DNA of 64,000 nucleotides from Escherichia coli (GCF_030384885.1 NZ_CP128613.1), one strand, 5' to 3'; positions 35,635 to 48,088 are shown, counted from the stretch's first letter. Notes: generated by a model from the sequence alone, not told the origin. Numbers and translations: made by a program.

Positions 35635-36753
35635 ATGCATAACCAGGCTCCAATTCAACGTAGAAAATCAACACGTATTTACGTTGGGAATGTGCCGATT
35701 GGCGATGGTGCCCCCATCGCCGTACAGTCCATGACCAATACGCGTACGACAGACGTCGAAGCTACGGTCAATCAAATTAAGGCGCTGGAACGTGTTGGCG
35801 CTGATATCGTCCGTGTCTCCGTACCGACGATGGACGCGGCAGAAGCGTTCAAACTCATCAAACAGCAGGTTAACGTACCGCTGGTGGCTGATATCCACTT
35901 TGACTATCGCATTGCGCTGAAAGTAGCGGAATACGGGGTCGATTGTTTGCGTATTAACCCTGGCAATATCGGTAATGAAGAGCGTATTCGCATGGTGGTT
36001 GACTGCGCGCGCGATAAAAACATTCCGATCCGTATTGGCGTTAACGCTGGATCGCTGGAAAAAGATCTGCAAGAAAAGTATGGCGAACCGACGCCGCAGG
36101 CATTGCTGGAATCTGCCATGCGCCATGTTGATCATCTTGATCGTCTGAACTTCGAACAGTTCAAAGTCAGCGTCAAAGCGTCTGATGTCTTCCTCGCTGT
36201 AGAGTCTTATCGTCTGCTGGCAAAACAGATCGATCAACCGCTGCATCTTGGGATCACCGAAGCGGGCGGCGCACGTAGTGGGGCAGTAAAATCTGCCATT
36301 GGTTTAGGCCTGCTGCTGTCTGAAGGCATCGGCGACACGCTGCGCGTATCGCTGGCGGCCGATCCGGTCGAAGAGATCAAAGTCGGTTTCGATATTTTGA
36401 AATCGCTGCGTATCCGTTCGCGCGGGATCAACTTCATCGCCTGCCCGACCTGTTCGCGTCAGGAGTTTGACGTTATCGGTACGGTTAACGCCCTGGAGCA
36501 ACGCCTGGAAGATATCATCACCCCGATGGACGTTTCGATTATCGGCTGCGTGGTGAATGGACCAGGTGAGGCGCTGGTTTCTACACTCGGCGTCACCGGC
36601 GGCAACAAGAAAAGCGGCCTCTATGAAGATGGCGTGCGCAAAGACCGTCTGGACAACAACGATATGATCGACCAGTTGGAAGCGCGCATTCGTGCGAAAG
36701 CCAGCCAACTGGATGAAGCGCGTCGAATTGACGTTCAGCAGGTTGAAAAATAA
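35635..36753 (+). CDS. ispG: 4-hydroxy-3-methylbut-2-enyl diphosphate synthase IspG
   Basis: 372 aa; Fe-S Cys motif CPTCSR...C. Confidence 0.95.
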   Translation: MHNQAPIQRRKSTRIYVGNVPIGDGAPIAVQSMTNTRTTDVEATVNQIKALERVGADIVRVSVPTMDAAEAFKLIKQQVNVPLVADIHFDYRIALKVAEYGVDCLRINPGNIGNEERIRMVVDCARDKNIPIRIGVNAGSLEKDLQEKYGEPTPQALLESAMRHVDHLDRLNFEQFKVSVKASDVFLAVESYRLLAKQIDQPLHLGITEAGGARSGAVKSAIGLGLLLSEGIGDTLRVSLAADPVEEIKVGFDILKSLRIRSRGINFIACPTCSRQEFDVIGTVNALEQRLEDIITPMDVSIIGCVVNGPGEALVSTLGVTGGNKKSGLYEDGVRKDRLDNNDMIDQLEARIRAKASQLDEARRIDVQQVEK

Positions 36754-36845
36754 TAACGTGATGGGAAGCGCCTCGCTTCCCGTGTATGATTGAACCCGCA
36801 TGGCTCCCGAAATATTGAGGGGCGCGTTGAGGGTTCATTTTTATA
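36754..36845 (+). ncRNA. sroE: SroE small RNA in ispG-hisS spacer (approximate)
   Basis: 110-bp spacer with hairpin gggaagcgcctcgcttccc and downstream T-run; SroE is recalled as lying between gcpE(ispG) and hisS in K-12. Confidence 0.4.
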
Positions 36846-36863
36846 TTCAGAAAGAGAATAAAC

Positions 36864-38138
36864 GTGGCAAAAAACATTCAAGCCATTCGCGGCATGAACG
36901 ATTACCTGCCTGGCGAAACGGCCATCTGGCAGCGCATTGAAGGCACACTGAAAAACGTGCTCGGCAGCTACGGTTACAGTGAAATCCGCTTGCCGATTGT
37001 AGAGCAGACCCCGCTATTCAAACGTGCGATTGGTGAAGTCACCGACGTGGTTGAAAAAGAGATGTACACCTTTGAGGATCGCAATGGCGACAGCCTGACT
37101 CTGCGCCCTGAAGGGACGGCGGGCTGTGTACGCGCCGGCATCGAGCATGGTCTTCTGTACAATCAGGAACAGCGTCTGTGGTATATCGGGCCGATGTTCC
37201 GTCACGAGCGTCCGCAGAAAGGGCGTTATCGTCAGTTCCACCAGTTGGGTTGCGAAGTTTTCGGTCTACAAGGTCCTGATATCGACGCTGAACTGATTAT
37301 GCTCACCGCCCGCTGGTGGCGTGCGCTGGGTATCTCTGAACACGTAACTCTTGAGCTGAACTCTATCGGTTCGCTGGAAGCACGCGCCAATTATCGCGAT
37401 GCGCTGGTTGCATTCCTTGAGCAGCATAAAGAAAAGCTGGACGAAGACTGCAAACGCCGCATGTACACTAACCCGCTGCGCGTGCTGGATTCCAAAAATC
37501 CGGAAGTGCAGGCCCTTCTCAACGACGCCCCAGCATTAGGTGACTATCTTGACGAGGAATCTCGTGAGCACTTTGCTGGTCTGTGCAAACTGCTGGAGAG
37601 CGCGGGTATCGCTTACACCGTAAACCAGCGTCTGGTGCGTGGTCTGGACTACTATAACCGTACTGTTTTTGAGTGGGTGACTAACAGCCTCGGTTCCCAG
37701 GGCACCGTGTGCGCAGGCGGTCGTTATGACGGTCTGGTGGAACAACTGGGTGGTCGTGCAACACCGGCAGTCGGTTTCGCGATGGGCCTCGAACGTCTTG
37801 TATTGTTAGTTCAGGCCGTTAATCCGGAATTTAAAGCCGATCCTGTTGTCGATATATATCTGGTGGCTTCAGGTGCTGACACACAATCTGCGGCTATGGC
37901 ATTAGCAGAGCGTCTGCGTGATGAATTACCGGGCGTGAAACTGATGACCAACCACGGCGGCGGCAACTTTAAGAAGCAGTTTGCCCGTGCTGATAAATGG
38001 GGCGCCCGCGTTGCTGTGGTGCTGGGTGAGTCTGAAGTGGCTAACGGCACAGCAGTAGTGAAGGATTTGCGCTCTGGTGAGCAAACGGCAGTTGCGCAGG
38101 ATAGCGTAGCCGCGCATTTGCGCACGTTACTGGGTTAA
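36864..38138 (+). CDS. hisS: Histidine--tRNA ligase
   Basis: 424 aa; GTG start in ORF track; class II aaRS motifs. Confidence 0.95.
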
Positions 38139-38155
38139 GGAAGGAGAAGGACAGC

Positions 38156-38776
38156 GTGGAAATTTACGAGAACGAAAACGACCAGGTTGAAGCGGTTAAA
38201 CGCTTTTTTGCTGAAAATGGCAAAGCACTGGCTGTTGGGGTGATTTTGGGCGTTGGCGCATTGATTGGCTGGCGCTACTGGAACAGCCATCAGGTTGATT
38301 CTACACGCTCCGCTTCTCTTGCCTATCAAAATGCGGTTACCGCAGTGAGCGAAGGCAAACCGGATAGCATCCCGGCGGCGGAAAAATTTGCTGCTGAAAA
38401 TAAAAATACCTATGGTGCGCTGGCTTCTTTGGAACTTGCGCAGCAATTTGTTGACAAAAATGAACTAGAGAAAGCTGCCACCCAGTTACAACAGGGATTG
38501 GCGGACACGAGCGATGAAAATCTCAAAGCCGTGATAAATCTGCGTCTTGCCCGCGTTCAGGTACAGCTCAAGCAGGCTGATGCCGCGCTGAAAACCCTCG
38601 ATACCATCAAAGGTGAAGGGTGGGCTGCCATTGTTGCCGACCTGCGTGGCGAAGCATTGCTGAGCAAAGGTGATAAGCAAGGTGCGCGTAGTGCATGGGA
38701 AGCAGGCGTGAAAAGCGATGTTACTCCGGCACTGAGCGAAATGATGCAGATGAAAATTAATAATTTGTCCATCTGA
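38156..38776 (+). CDS. yfgM: Ancillary SecYEG translocon subunit YfgM (TPR-like, membrane anchored)
   Basis: 206 aa; single N-terminal TM; conserved position between hisS and bamB. Confidence 0.85.
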   Translation: MEIYENENDQVEAVKRFFAENGKALAVGVILGVGALIGWRYWNSHQVDSTRSASLAYQNAVTAVSEGKPDSIPAAEKFAAENKNTYGALASLELAQQFVDKNELEKAATQLQQGLADTSDENLKAVINLRLARVQVQLKQADAALKTLDTIKGEGWAAIVADLRGEALLSKGDKQGARSAWEAGVKSDVTPALSEMMQMKINNLSI

Positions 38777-38786
38777 GAGGGACCCG

Positions 38787-39965
38787 ATGCAATTGCGTAA
38801 ATTACTGCTGCCAGGACTGCTTTCCGTTACCCTTTTAAGCGGCTGTTCGCTGTTTAACAGCGAAGAAGATGTGGTAAAGATGTCCCCATTGCCGACCGTT
38901 GAAAACCAGTTTACGCCGACCACGGCGTGGAGCACTTCCGTGGGTAGCGGCATTGGCAACTTCTATTCCAATCTTCATCCGGCACTGGCGGACAACGTTG
39001 TCTATGCAGCAGACCGCGCTGGCTTAGTAAAAGCGCTGAATGCGGATGATGGCAAAGAAATCTGGTCTGTCAGTCTGGCCGAGAAAGATGGCTGGTTCTC
39101 TAAAGAGCCTGCATTACTTTCTGGCGGCGTGACCGTGTCTGGCGGACATGTCTACATTGGTAGCGAAAAGGCGCAGGTTTACGCGCTGAATACCAGTGAT
39201 GGTACTGTGGCATGGCAGACTAAAGTCGCGGGTGAAGCGCTTTCTCGCCCGGTGGTCAGCGACGGTCTGGTGTTAATCCACACCAGTAACGGTCAGTTGC
39301 AAGCCCTGAACGAAGCTGACGGCGCTGTCAAATGGACAGTTAACCTCGATATGCCTTCACTCTCTTTGCGTGGCGAGTCTGCGCCAGCAACGGCTTTTGG
39401 TGCGGCCGTCGTGGGTGGCGATAATGGTCGCGTCAGCGCAGTGCTAATGGAACAGGGCCAGATGATTTGGCAGCAGCGTATTTCTCAGGCGACCGGTTCT
39501 ACCGAAATTGACCGCCTGAGCGATGTTGACACGACTCCCGTCATTGTTAACGGCGTTGTTTTCGCGCTGGCCTATAATGGTAACCTGACGGCGCTTGATC
39601 TGCGCAGCGGTCAGATTATGTGGAAGCGCGAACTGGGTTCGGTGAATGATTTCATCGTCGACGGCAACCGCATCTATCTGGTCGATCAAAATGACCGGGT
39701 GATGGCGTTGACCATTGATGGCGGCGTTACGCTGTGGACACAAAGCGATCTGCTGCATCGTCTGTTGACTTCTCCGGTGCTGTATAATGGCAACCTGGTG
39801 GTAGGTGACAGTGAAGGTTATCTGCACTGGATCAACGTCGAAGATGGTCGTTTCGTTGCCCAGCAAAAAGTTGATAGCTCCGGTTTCCAGACTGAACCGG
39901 TTGCCGCTGACGGCAAACTGCTGATCCAGGCAAAAGACGGGACTGTGTACTCTATTACACGTTAA
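38787..39965 (+). CDS. bamB: Outer-membrane assembly lipoprotein BamB (PQQ beta-propeller)
   Basis: 392 aa; lipobox LLSGCS; repeated propeller blades. Confidence 0.9.
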   Translation: MQLRKLLLPGLLSVTLLSGCSLFNSEEDVVKMSPLPTVENQFTPTTAWSTSVGSGIGNFYSNLHPALADNVVYAADRAGLVKALNADDGKEIWSVSLAEKDGWFSKEPALLSGGVTVSGGHVYIGSEKAQVYALNTSDGTVAWQTKVAGEALSRPVVSDGLVLIHTSNGQLQALNEADGAVKWTVNLDMPSLSLRGESAPATAFGAAVVGGDNGRVSAVLMEQGQMIWQQRISQATGSTEIDRLSDVDTTPVIVNGVVFALAYNGNLTALDLRSGQIMWKRELGSVNDFIVDGNRIYLVDQNDRVMALTIDGGVTLWTQSDLLHRLLTSPVLYNGNLVVGDSEGYLHWINVEDGRFVAQQKVDSSGFQTEPVAADGKLLIQAKDGTVYSITR

Positions 39966-39987
39966 TCGTCTCTGTCGTTCACTTTGA

Positions 39988-40023
39988 AAACGGCTCCTGG
40001 ACAGGGGCCGTTTTCCTGTTTTT
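39988..40023 (+). terminator. Terminator-like hairpin after bamB
   Basis: aaaacggctcctggacaggggccgttttcctgttttt. Confidence 0.55.
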
Positions 40024-40082
40024 AACAACGACACGAATATAGCGTGCGTTGTCTGATGATTTATAAAAATGAGGCTTTAAAC

Positions 40083-41555
40083 ATGGTACCTGTGGTCGCG
40101 CTTGTCGGGCGCCCTAACGTAGGAAAATCCACGTTATTTAACCGTCTAACTCGCACCCGAGATGCGCTGGTTGCGGATTTCCCGGGTCTGACTCGTGACC
40201 GTAAGTACGGTCGTGCGGAAATTGAAGGCCGCGAGTTTATCTGTATTGATACCGGCGGGATTGACGGAACAGAAGACGGTGTAGAAACCCGCATGGCGGA
40301 ACAGTCGCTGCTGGCGATTGAAGAAGCGGACGTCGTACTGTTTATGGTGGATGCGCGCGCGGGCCTGATGCCTGCGGATGAAGCGATTGCTAAACATCTG
40401 CGCTCCCGCGAAAAACCGACCTTCCTGGTGGCAAACAAAACCGATGGTCTGGATCCGGATCAGGCCGTTGTTGATTTCTATTCGCTCGGTTTAGGTGAAA
40501 TCTATCCTATCGCCGCGTCTCACGGTCGTGGCGTATTAAGTCTGCTGGAGCACGTGCTGTTGCCGTGGATGGAAGATATCGCACCACAAGAAGAAGTGGA
40601 TGAAGACGCTGAGTACTGGGCGCAATTTGAAGCGGAAGAGAACGGCGAAGAAGAAGAGGAAGACGACTTTGACCCGCAAAGTCTGCCAATCAAACTGGCG
40701 ATAGTGGGTCGTCCTAACGTCGGTAAGTCTACACTCACTAACCGTATCCTTGGCGAAGAACGCGTCGTAGTTTACGACATGCCGGGCACCACGCGTGACA
40801 GTATTTACATTCCAATGGAACGCGATGGACGTGAGTATGTACTCATCGATACTGCGGGCGTACGTAAACGCGGCAAAATCACCGATGCGGTAGAGAAATT
40901 CTCCGTAATCAAAACATTGCAGGCGATTGAAGATGCCAACGTGGTGATGTTGGTGATTGATGCTCGCGAGGGTATTTCCGATCAGGATCTCTCCCTGCTG
41001 GGCTTTATTCTCAATAGTGGGCGCTCACTTGTCATTGTAGTGAACAAGTGGGACGGCCTGAGCCAGGAAGTGAAAGAGCAAGTAAAAGAGACGCTGGACT
41101 TCCGTCTGGGCTTTATCGACTTTGCTCGCGTGCATTTTATTTCTGCATTACACGGCAGCGGCGTTGGTAACCTGTTTGAGTCAGTACGTGAAGCGTATGA
41201 CAGTTCCACTCGTCGTGTGGGGACATCTATGTTGACGCGTATCATGACCATGGCGGTTGAAGATCACCAGCCGCCACTGGTTCGCGGGCGTCGTGTGAAG
41301 CTGAAATATGCCCACGCCGGTGGTTACAATCCGCCGATTGTGGTGATTCACGGCAACCAGGTGAAAGACCTGCCTGATTCGTACAAACGCTACTTGATGA
41401 ATTACTTCCGCAAGTCTCTGGACGTGATGGGTACGCCGATTCGTATTCAGTTCAAAGAAGGGGAAAACCCATATGCGAACAAGCGTAACACCCTGACGCC
41501 GACCCAGATGCGCAAGCGTAAGCGTTTGATGAAGCATATTAAGAAAAGTAAGTAA
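40083..41555 (+). CDS. der: Ribosome-associated GTPase Der/EngA (tandem GTPase domains)
   Basis: 490 aa from ATG 40083; two Walker A motifs GRPNVGKST; acidic linker. Confidence 0.95.
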   Translation: MVPVVALVGRPNVGKSTLFNRLTRTRDALVADFPGLTRDRKYGRAEIEGREFICIDTGGIDGTEDGVETRMAEQSLLAIEEADVVLFMVDARAGLMPADEAIAKHLRSREKPTFLVANKTDGLDPDQAVVDFYSLGLGEIYPIAASHGRGVLSLLEHVLLPWMEDIAPQEEVDEDAEYWAQFEAEENGEEEEEDDFDPQSLPIKLAIVGRPNVGKSTLTNRILGEERVVVYDMPGTTRDSIYIPMERDGREYVLIDTAGVRKRGKITDAVEKFSVIKTLQAIEDANVVMLVIDAREGISDQDLSLLGFILNSGRSLVIVVNKWDGLSQEVKEQVKETLDFRLGFIDFARVHFISALHGSGVGNLFESVREAYDSSTRRVGTSMLTRIMTMAVEDHQPPLVRGRRVKLKYAHAGGYNPPIVVIHGNQVKDLPDSYKRYLMNYFRKSLDVMGTPIRIQFKEGENPYANKRNTLTPTQMRKRKRLMKHIKKSK

Positions 41556-41617
41556 TCACTTATCTGGTTTCCCTTTCCAAACGGAGAGGGAAACTGAACA
41601 ACAGGCGAGGAGTATTT

Positions 41618-41833
41618 ATGGAACTCAACTGCCCAACCTGCCATAACCCTCTCGAACGCAACGGTGAAACTGCCCACTGTGCAACTTGTGCCAAAGATTT
41701 CACCATTCAGGCGCTTTGTCCTGACTGCCATCAGCCATTACAGGTGTTAAAAGCTTGTGGTGCTGTAGATTATTTCTGCCAGCATGGGCACGGTTTAATA
41801 TCTAAAAAACGCGTTGAATTTATTGTTGCTTAA
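41618..41833 (+). CDS. yfgJ: Zinc-ribbon small protein YfgJ
   Basis: 71 aa with CPxC...CxxC pairs (CPTCHN, CATCAK, CPDCHQ). Confidence 0.8.
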   Translation: MELNCPTCHNPLERNGETAHCATCAKDFTIQALCPDCHQPLQVLKACGAVDYFCQHGHGLISKKRVEFIVA

Positions 41834-42042
41834 TATTATTTAAATATATGATGTAATCATTTGTATTCATAATATAAATGATTTCATCCTATTTTATTTG
41901 TTGAAGCGCAAATACAAGTGAATGAAATCACTGTGTTATAAATTTAAGATTATATTTAGTTTTCCTGGCGTGCCTTTCTGAACAATCTGGAATAGAATAT
42001 TAAAGCTTATTTTAAGCATTATTAATGTCACAGGGGATGTGC

Positions 42043-44493
42043 ATGCTGCGATGGAAACGCTGTATTATGCTAACATTTATCTCTGGAGCTGCTTTTGCGG
42101 CTCCAGAGATAAATGTTGAGCATAAAGAATCGTTACCTGATTTAGGTAGTCAGGCCGCACAACAGGAAGAACAAACTAACAAGGGTAAATCGCTAAAAGA
42201 GCGTGGTGCCGATTACGTCATTAACTCTGCCACGCAAGGGTTTGAAAACCTGACACCCGAGGCGCTGGAGTCCCAGGCCAGAAGCTATCTGCAAAGTCAA
42301 ATTACCTCTACGACACAATCTTATATTGAGGATACACTCTCCCCCTACGGTAAGGTCCGAACGAATCTTTCTCTTGGTCAGGGCGGCGATCTGGATGGCA
42401 GTTCCATCGACTATTTTGTTCCCTGGTATGATAATCAAACTACTGTTTATTTCAGCCAATTTTCTGCACAACGAAAAGAAGATCGTACGATCGGGAATAT
42501 TGGGCTTGGTGTAAGACATAATTTTGATAAATGGTTATTGGGTGGAAATATATTTTATGATTATGATTTTACCCGTGGACATCGCCGTTTAGGTTTAGGC
42601 GCCGAAGCCTGGACTGATTATTTAAAATTCTCGGGCAACTATTACCATCCGCTATCCAGCTGGAAAGATTCCGAAGATTTCGATTTTTATGAGGAGCGCC
42701 CGGCGCGCGGCTGGGATATTCGCGCCGAAGCCTGGCTACCTGCTTACCCGCAGCTTGGCGGTAAAATCGTTTTCGAACAGTATTACGGTGATGAAGTCGC
42801 GCTTTTTGGCACCGATAATCTGGAGAAAGATTCCTTCGCCGTCACGCTGGGTGTGAAATACCAGCCCGTACCACTCATTGCCGTAGGAACGGATTTCAAA
42901 GCCGGCACTGGCGATAATACCGATCTTTCTGTTAACGCAACGCTGAACTACCAGTTTGGTGTCCCGCTCAAAGACCAGCTTGATCCTGACAAAGTGAGCG
43001 CGGCCCACTCGCTCATGGGCAGCCGTCACGACTTTGTTGAACGTAACAACTTTATTGTTCTGGAATACAAAGAGAAAGATCTCCTCGATGTCACTTTGTG
43101 GCTGAAAGCCGATGCGACGAATGAACATCCCGAGTGCGTGATTAAAGATACGCCAGAAGCAGCCATCGGGCTGGAAAAATGTAAGTGGACCATTAACGCG
43201 CTCATTAATCATCACTACAAAATCGTTGCTGCCTCCTGGCAGGCGAAAAACAATGCTGCACGTACGCTGGTGATGCCGGTTATCAAAGAAAATACGCTTA
43301 CTGAAGGTAACAACAATCACTGGAATCTGGTGCTGCCTGCCTGGCAGTACAGCTCTGATAAAGCCGACCAGGAAAAACTCAATACCTGGCGGGTACGGCT
43401 GGCGCTGGAAGATGAAAAAGGCAATCGGCAGAACTCCGGCGTGGTGGAAATCACCGTTCAGCAGGATCGTAAAATTGAGCTCATCGTTAACAACATCGCC
43501 AATGTACCGGATGAGAACAATCACAGCCACGAAGCCAGCGCGCAAGCGGATGGTGTAGATGGTGTCGTCATGGATCTCGACATTACCGATAGCTTTGGCG
43601 ACAACACTGACCGTAACGGTAATGTCTTGCCGCAGGATAATCTCAGCCCGCAGCTGTTTGATGCCAACGATAAAAAAGTGACGCTGGCGAATAAACCCTG
43701 CACCACCGAGGTGCCGTGCGTTTTTATCGCCAAACAAGATAAAGAAAAGGGGACCGTTACGCTCTCCAGTACGTTGCCCGGCACTTTCCGCTGGAAGGCG
43801 AAAGCCGCCCCTTATGATGACAGTAACTATGTTGACGTAACGTTCCTGGGTTCTGACATCGGCGGGCTGAATGCTTTTATCTACCGCGTTGGTGCAGCTA
43901 AGCCCGTCAATCTTATCGGCAACAAAGAACCGTTGCCTCTCAATAGCCGCTATCGCTTTGTGCTGTGGCGCGACGCTAACAAAGACGGCGTGTTCCAGCT
44001 TTCTGAGAAGCTCACTGACGACGAGATGAAACAGTATGACTATCAGTGGGAATTCACGGGGCATAGCGTAAATGGCAATACCGGTGCGCAAACCAATACC
44101 ACGAACGTCGATATAGAGATCCCGGCAACCAACAAGGACGCGGCAGCAAAGTTTAGTGCCCAGGTAAACGCCTTTACTCAGGGGATACCATCACGCTGGG
44201 TTGGGATATCGGCGATACCGAAGGGGATATTGATGATGGTCCCGCAGGCATTGATGCGAAAACGACAGCCACTATCAAATGGTACAGCTACCCGGCCTAA
44301 GCTGGCAGCAGAAATCGCCAGTCCGGATGGCACACTAACGGAAAAAAACGAAGTCTGGGCGCGCGTTAGCCAGGCCAGTACGGCCATTACCAGTAAAGGC
44401 GGTTGCGGAGCCAATATGCTGCCGCGTCGCTCACAGCTCAGTGCGCTCTATGACGCTAATAACGGTAATGCGGTGCAAGCCACACACGGCTGA
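42043..44493 (+). CDS. sinH: Intimin/invasin-family inverse autotransporter (SinH-like adhesin); possibly 3'-truncated
   Basis: Signal peptide then inverse-autotransporter beta-barrel region, followed by long Ig-like passenger; ATG 42043 has AGGGGA RBS (track ORF begins 42025); AT-rich upstream leader; gene symbol by analogy, not verified. Confidence 0.65.
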   Translation: MLRWKRCIMLTFISGAAFAAPEINVEHKESLPDLGSQAAQQEEQTNKGKSLKERGADYVINSATQGFENLTPEALESQARSYLQSQITSTTQSYIEDTLSPYGKVRTNLSLGQGGDLDGSSIDYFVPWYDNQTTVYFSQFSAQRKEDRTIGNIGLGVRHNFDKWLLGGNIFYDYDFTRGHRRLGLGAEAWTDYLKFSGNYYHPLSSWKDSEDFDFYEERPARGWDIRAEAWLPAYPQLGGKIVFEQYYGDEVALFGTDNLEKDSFAVTLGVKYQPVPLIAVGTDFKAGTGDNTDLSVNATLNYQFGVPLKDQLDPDKVSAAHSLMGSRHDFVERNNFIVLEYKEKDLLDVTLWLKADATNEHPECVIKDTPEAAIGLEKCKWTINALINHHYKIVAASWQAKNNAARTLVMPVIKENTLTEGNNNHWNLVLPAWQYSSDKADQEKLNTWRVRLALEDEKGNRQNSGVVEITVQQDRKIELIVNNIANVPDENNHSHEASAQADGVDGVVMDLDITDSFGDNTDRNGNVLPQDNLSPQLFDANDKKVTLANKPCTTEVPCVFIAKQDKEKGTVTLSSTLPGTFRWKAKAAPYDDSNYVDVTFLGSDIGGLNAFIYRVGAAKPVNLIGNKEPLPLNSRYRFVLWRDANKDGVFQLSEKLTDDEMKQYDYQWEFTGHSVNGNTGAQTNTTNVDIEIPATNKDAAAKFSAQVNAFTQGIPSRWVGISAIPKGILMMVPQALMRKRQPLSNGTATRPKLAAEIASPDGTLTEKNEVWARVSQASTAITSKGGCGANMLPRRSQLSALYDANNGNAVQATHG

Positions 44494-44495
44494 CG

Positions 44496-44969
44496 GTGAC
44501 GCTGACCAATAACGCCGCGATAACCGCAACGCTGGATACCATTTTCACCGTGCCGACCAGCCCGAATGTCGCCACGGCGTATTTCTGGGGGCATATGGCG
44601 GATACCGCCACCGTAAGTGGCAAGACGTTACATCGCCCACTATTGAAATCAGAGTTGCCGTCAGGGGCTACAGCGGCAGTAGCGCCAACGGTGAATAATG
44701 AAATCTGGGCGCTGGCACATGTGATCGATGCTCAAAAATGGGATATTGCAAAGCAGTGCGGTGACTTTAGTAGAGCACCGAGCTATACCGATTTACAGTC
44801 GTTACATAGCAGCTTTAGCGCGCTGGGATGGCCATCATCGATAAGCTTCCCCTATTTCTCTACCGATCGGGCCGGTTCGTTCTATTGTGGCATGGATGAA
44901 GGGGCGGGGACACAAAACTGCGGTATTCAGGCATCCAGTACTGCGGGGTTTGCAACCTGCTTCCAGTAG
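44496..44969 (+). pseudogene. 157-codon ORF in another frame, probably the displaced C-terminal (lectin-like) part of the SinH-like gene
   Basis: Starts at GTG 2 nt after the upstream stop, no RBS; Cys-containing segment resembles the motif at the end of the 822-aa ORF; the two frames are simultaneously open only across 44469-44493. Confidence 0.4.
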
Positions 44970-45024
44970 TCTTAACGGGTCTGTAAATGGGGGCCAAGAT
45001 GTAAATAAGATTCGCAATGCGTCA

Positions 45025-46422
<1,398 letters not shown>

Positions 46423-46481
46423 TTATTCAGTCGATAGTAACCCGCCCTCCGGGGATAGCAAGCATTTTTTGCAAAAAGGGG

Positions 46482-46517
46482 TAGATGCAATCGGTTACGC
46501 TCTGTATAATGCCGCGG
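46482..46517 (+). promoter_or_regulatory. guaBA promoter (-10 TATAAT at 46505-46510, predicted TSS about 46517)
   Basis: Consensus TATAAT 44 bp upstream of guaB ATG, A/T-rich UP-like tract upstream. Confidence 0.45.
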
Positions 46518-46553
46518 CAATATTTATTAACCACTCTGGTCGAGATATTGCCC

Positions 46554-48020
46554 ATGCTACGTATCGCTAAAGAAGCTCTGACGTTTGACGATGTTCTCCT
46601 CGTTCCTGCACATTCTACCGTTCTGCCGAATACTGCTGACCTCAGCACCCAGCTGACGAAAACTATTCGTCTGAATATTCCTATGCTTTCCGCAGCAATG
46701 GATACCGTAACGGAAGCTCGCCTGGCTATCGCTCTGGCTCAGGAAGGCGGTATCGGCTTTATCCACAAAAACATGTCCATTGAACGCCAGGCTGAAGAAG
46801 TTCGCCGCGTGAAAAAACACGAATCTGGCGTGGTGACTGATCCGCAGACTGTTCTGCCAACCACGACGCTGCGCGAAGTGAAAGAACTGACCGAGCGTAA
46901 CGGTTTTGCAGGCTATCCGGTAGTTACCGAAGAAAACGAACTGGTCGGCATCATCACCGGTCGTGACGTGCGTTTTGTTACCGATCTGAACCAGCCGGTT
47001 AGCGTTTACATGACGCCGAAAGAGCGTCTGGTAACCGTGCGTGAAGGCGAAGCCCGTGAAGTGGTGCTGGCAAAAATGCACGAAAAACGCGTTGAAAAAG
47101 CGCTGGTGGTTGATGATGAATTCCACCTGATCGGCATGATCACTGTGAAGGACTTCCAGAAAGCGGAGCGTAAACCGAACGCGTGTAAAGACGAACAAGG
47201 CCGTCTGCGTGTAGGTGCAGCGGTTGGCGCAGGTGCGGGTAACGAAGAGCGTGTTGATGCGCTGGTTGCCGCAGGCGTTGACGTTCTGCTGATTGACTCC
47301 TCTCACGGTCACTCTGAAGGTGTTCTGCAGCGTATCCGTGAAACTCGCGCTAAATATCCTGATCTGCAAATCATCGGCGGCAACGTGGCAACAGCTGCAG
47401 GTGCCCGCGCGCTGGCAGAAGCCGGTTGCAGTGCCGTTAAAGTGGGTATCGGCCCTGGTTCTATTTGTACTACCCGCATTGTTACTGGCGTCGGTGTACC
47501 GCAGATCACTGCCGTTGCTGACGCAGTAGAAGCCCTGGAAGGCACCGGGATTCCGGTTATCGCTGACGGTGGTATTCGTTTCTCTGGCGATATCGCCAAA
47601 GCTATCGCTGCTGGTGCAAGCGCGGTGATGGTAGGTTCCATGCTGGCGGGTACTGAAGAATCCCCAGGTGAAATCGAGCTCTACCAGGGCCGTTCTTACA
47701 AGTCTTACCGTGGGATGGGCTCTCTGGGCGCGATGTCCAAAGGTTCTTCTGACCGTTACTTCCAGAGCGACAACGCTGCCGACAAACTGGTGCCGGAAGG
47801 TATCGAAGGTCGCGTAGCCTATAAAGGTCGCCTGAAAGAGATCATTCACCAGCAGATGGGCGGCCTGCGCTCCTGTATGGGCCTGACCGGCTGTGGTACT
47901 ATCGACGAACTGCGTACTAAAGCGGAGTTTGTACGTATCAGCGGTGCGGGCATTCAGGAAAGCCACGTTCACGACGTGACCATTACTAAAGAGTCCCCGA
48001 ACTACCGTCTGGGCTCCTGA
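46554..48020 (+). CDS. guaB: IMP dehydrogenase
   Basis: 488 aa from ATG 46554 ([14 protein letters not shown]...); catalytic loop [14 protein letters not shown] pair. Confidence 0.95.
46759..46767 (+). promoter_or_regulatory. DnaA box (TTATCCACA) inside the 5' part of guaB coding region
   Basis: Perfect 9-mer TTATCCACA about 205 bp downstream of guaB start; an intragenic DnaA box in guaB is described in the literature. Confidence 0.5.
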
Positions 48021-48088
48021 TTCTCTTCGCCCGACTTCATGTCGGGCGATTTATATTATCTGTTTCACTTGCCTCGGAATAAGCGTCA

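Noticed and set aside
44157-44294. 46-codon open stretch in the +2 frame inside the 3' part of the SinH-like gene (ITLGWDIGDTEGDIDDGPAGIDAKTTATIKWYSYPA), considered as a second internal frameshift
   Set aside because: An open run of this length arises by chance at appreciable frequency (roughly 10 percent per position set) and the main frame stays open across it; only the 44469-44493 junction is supported
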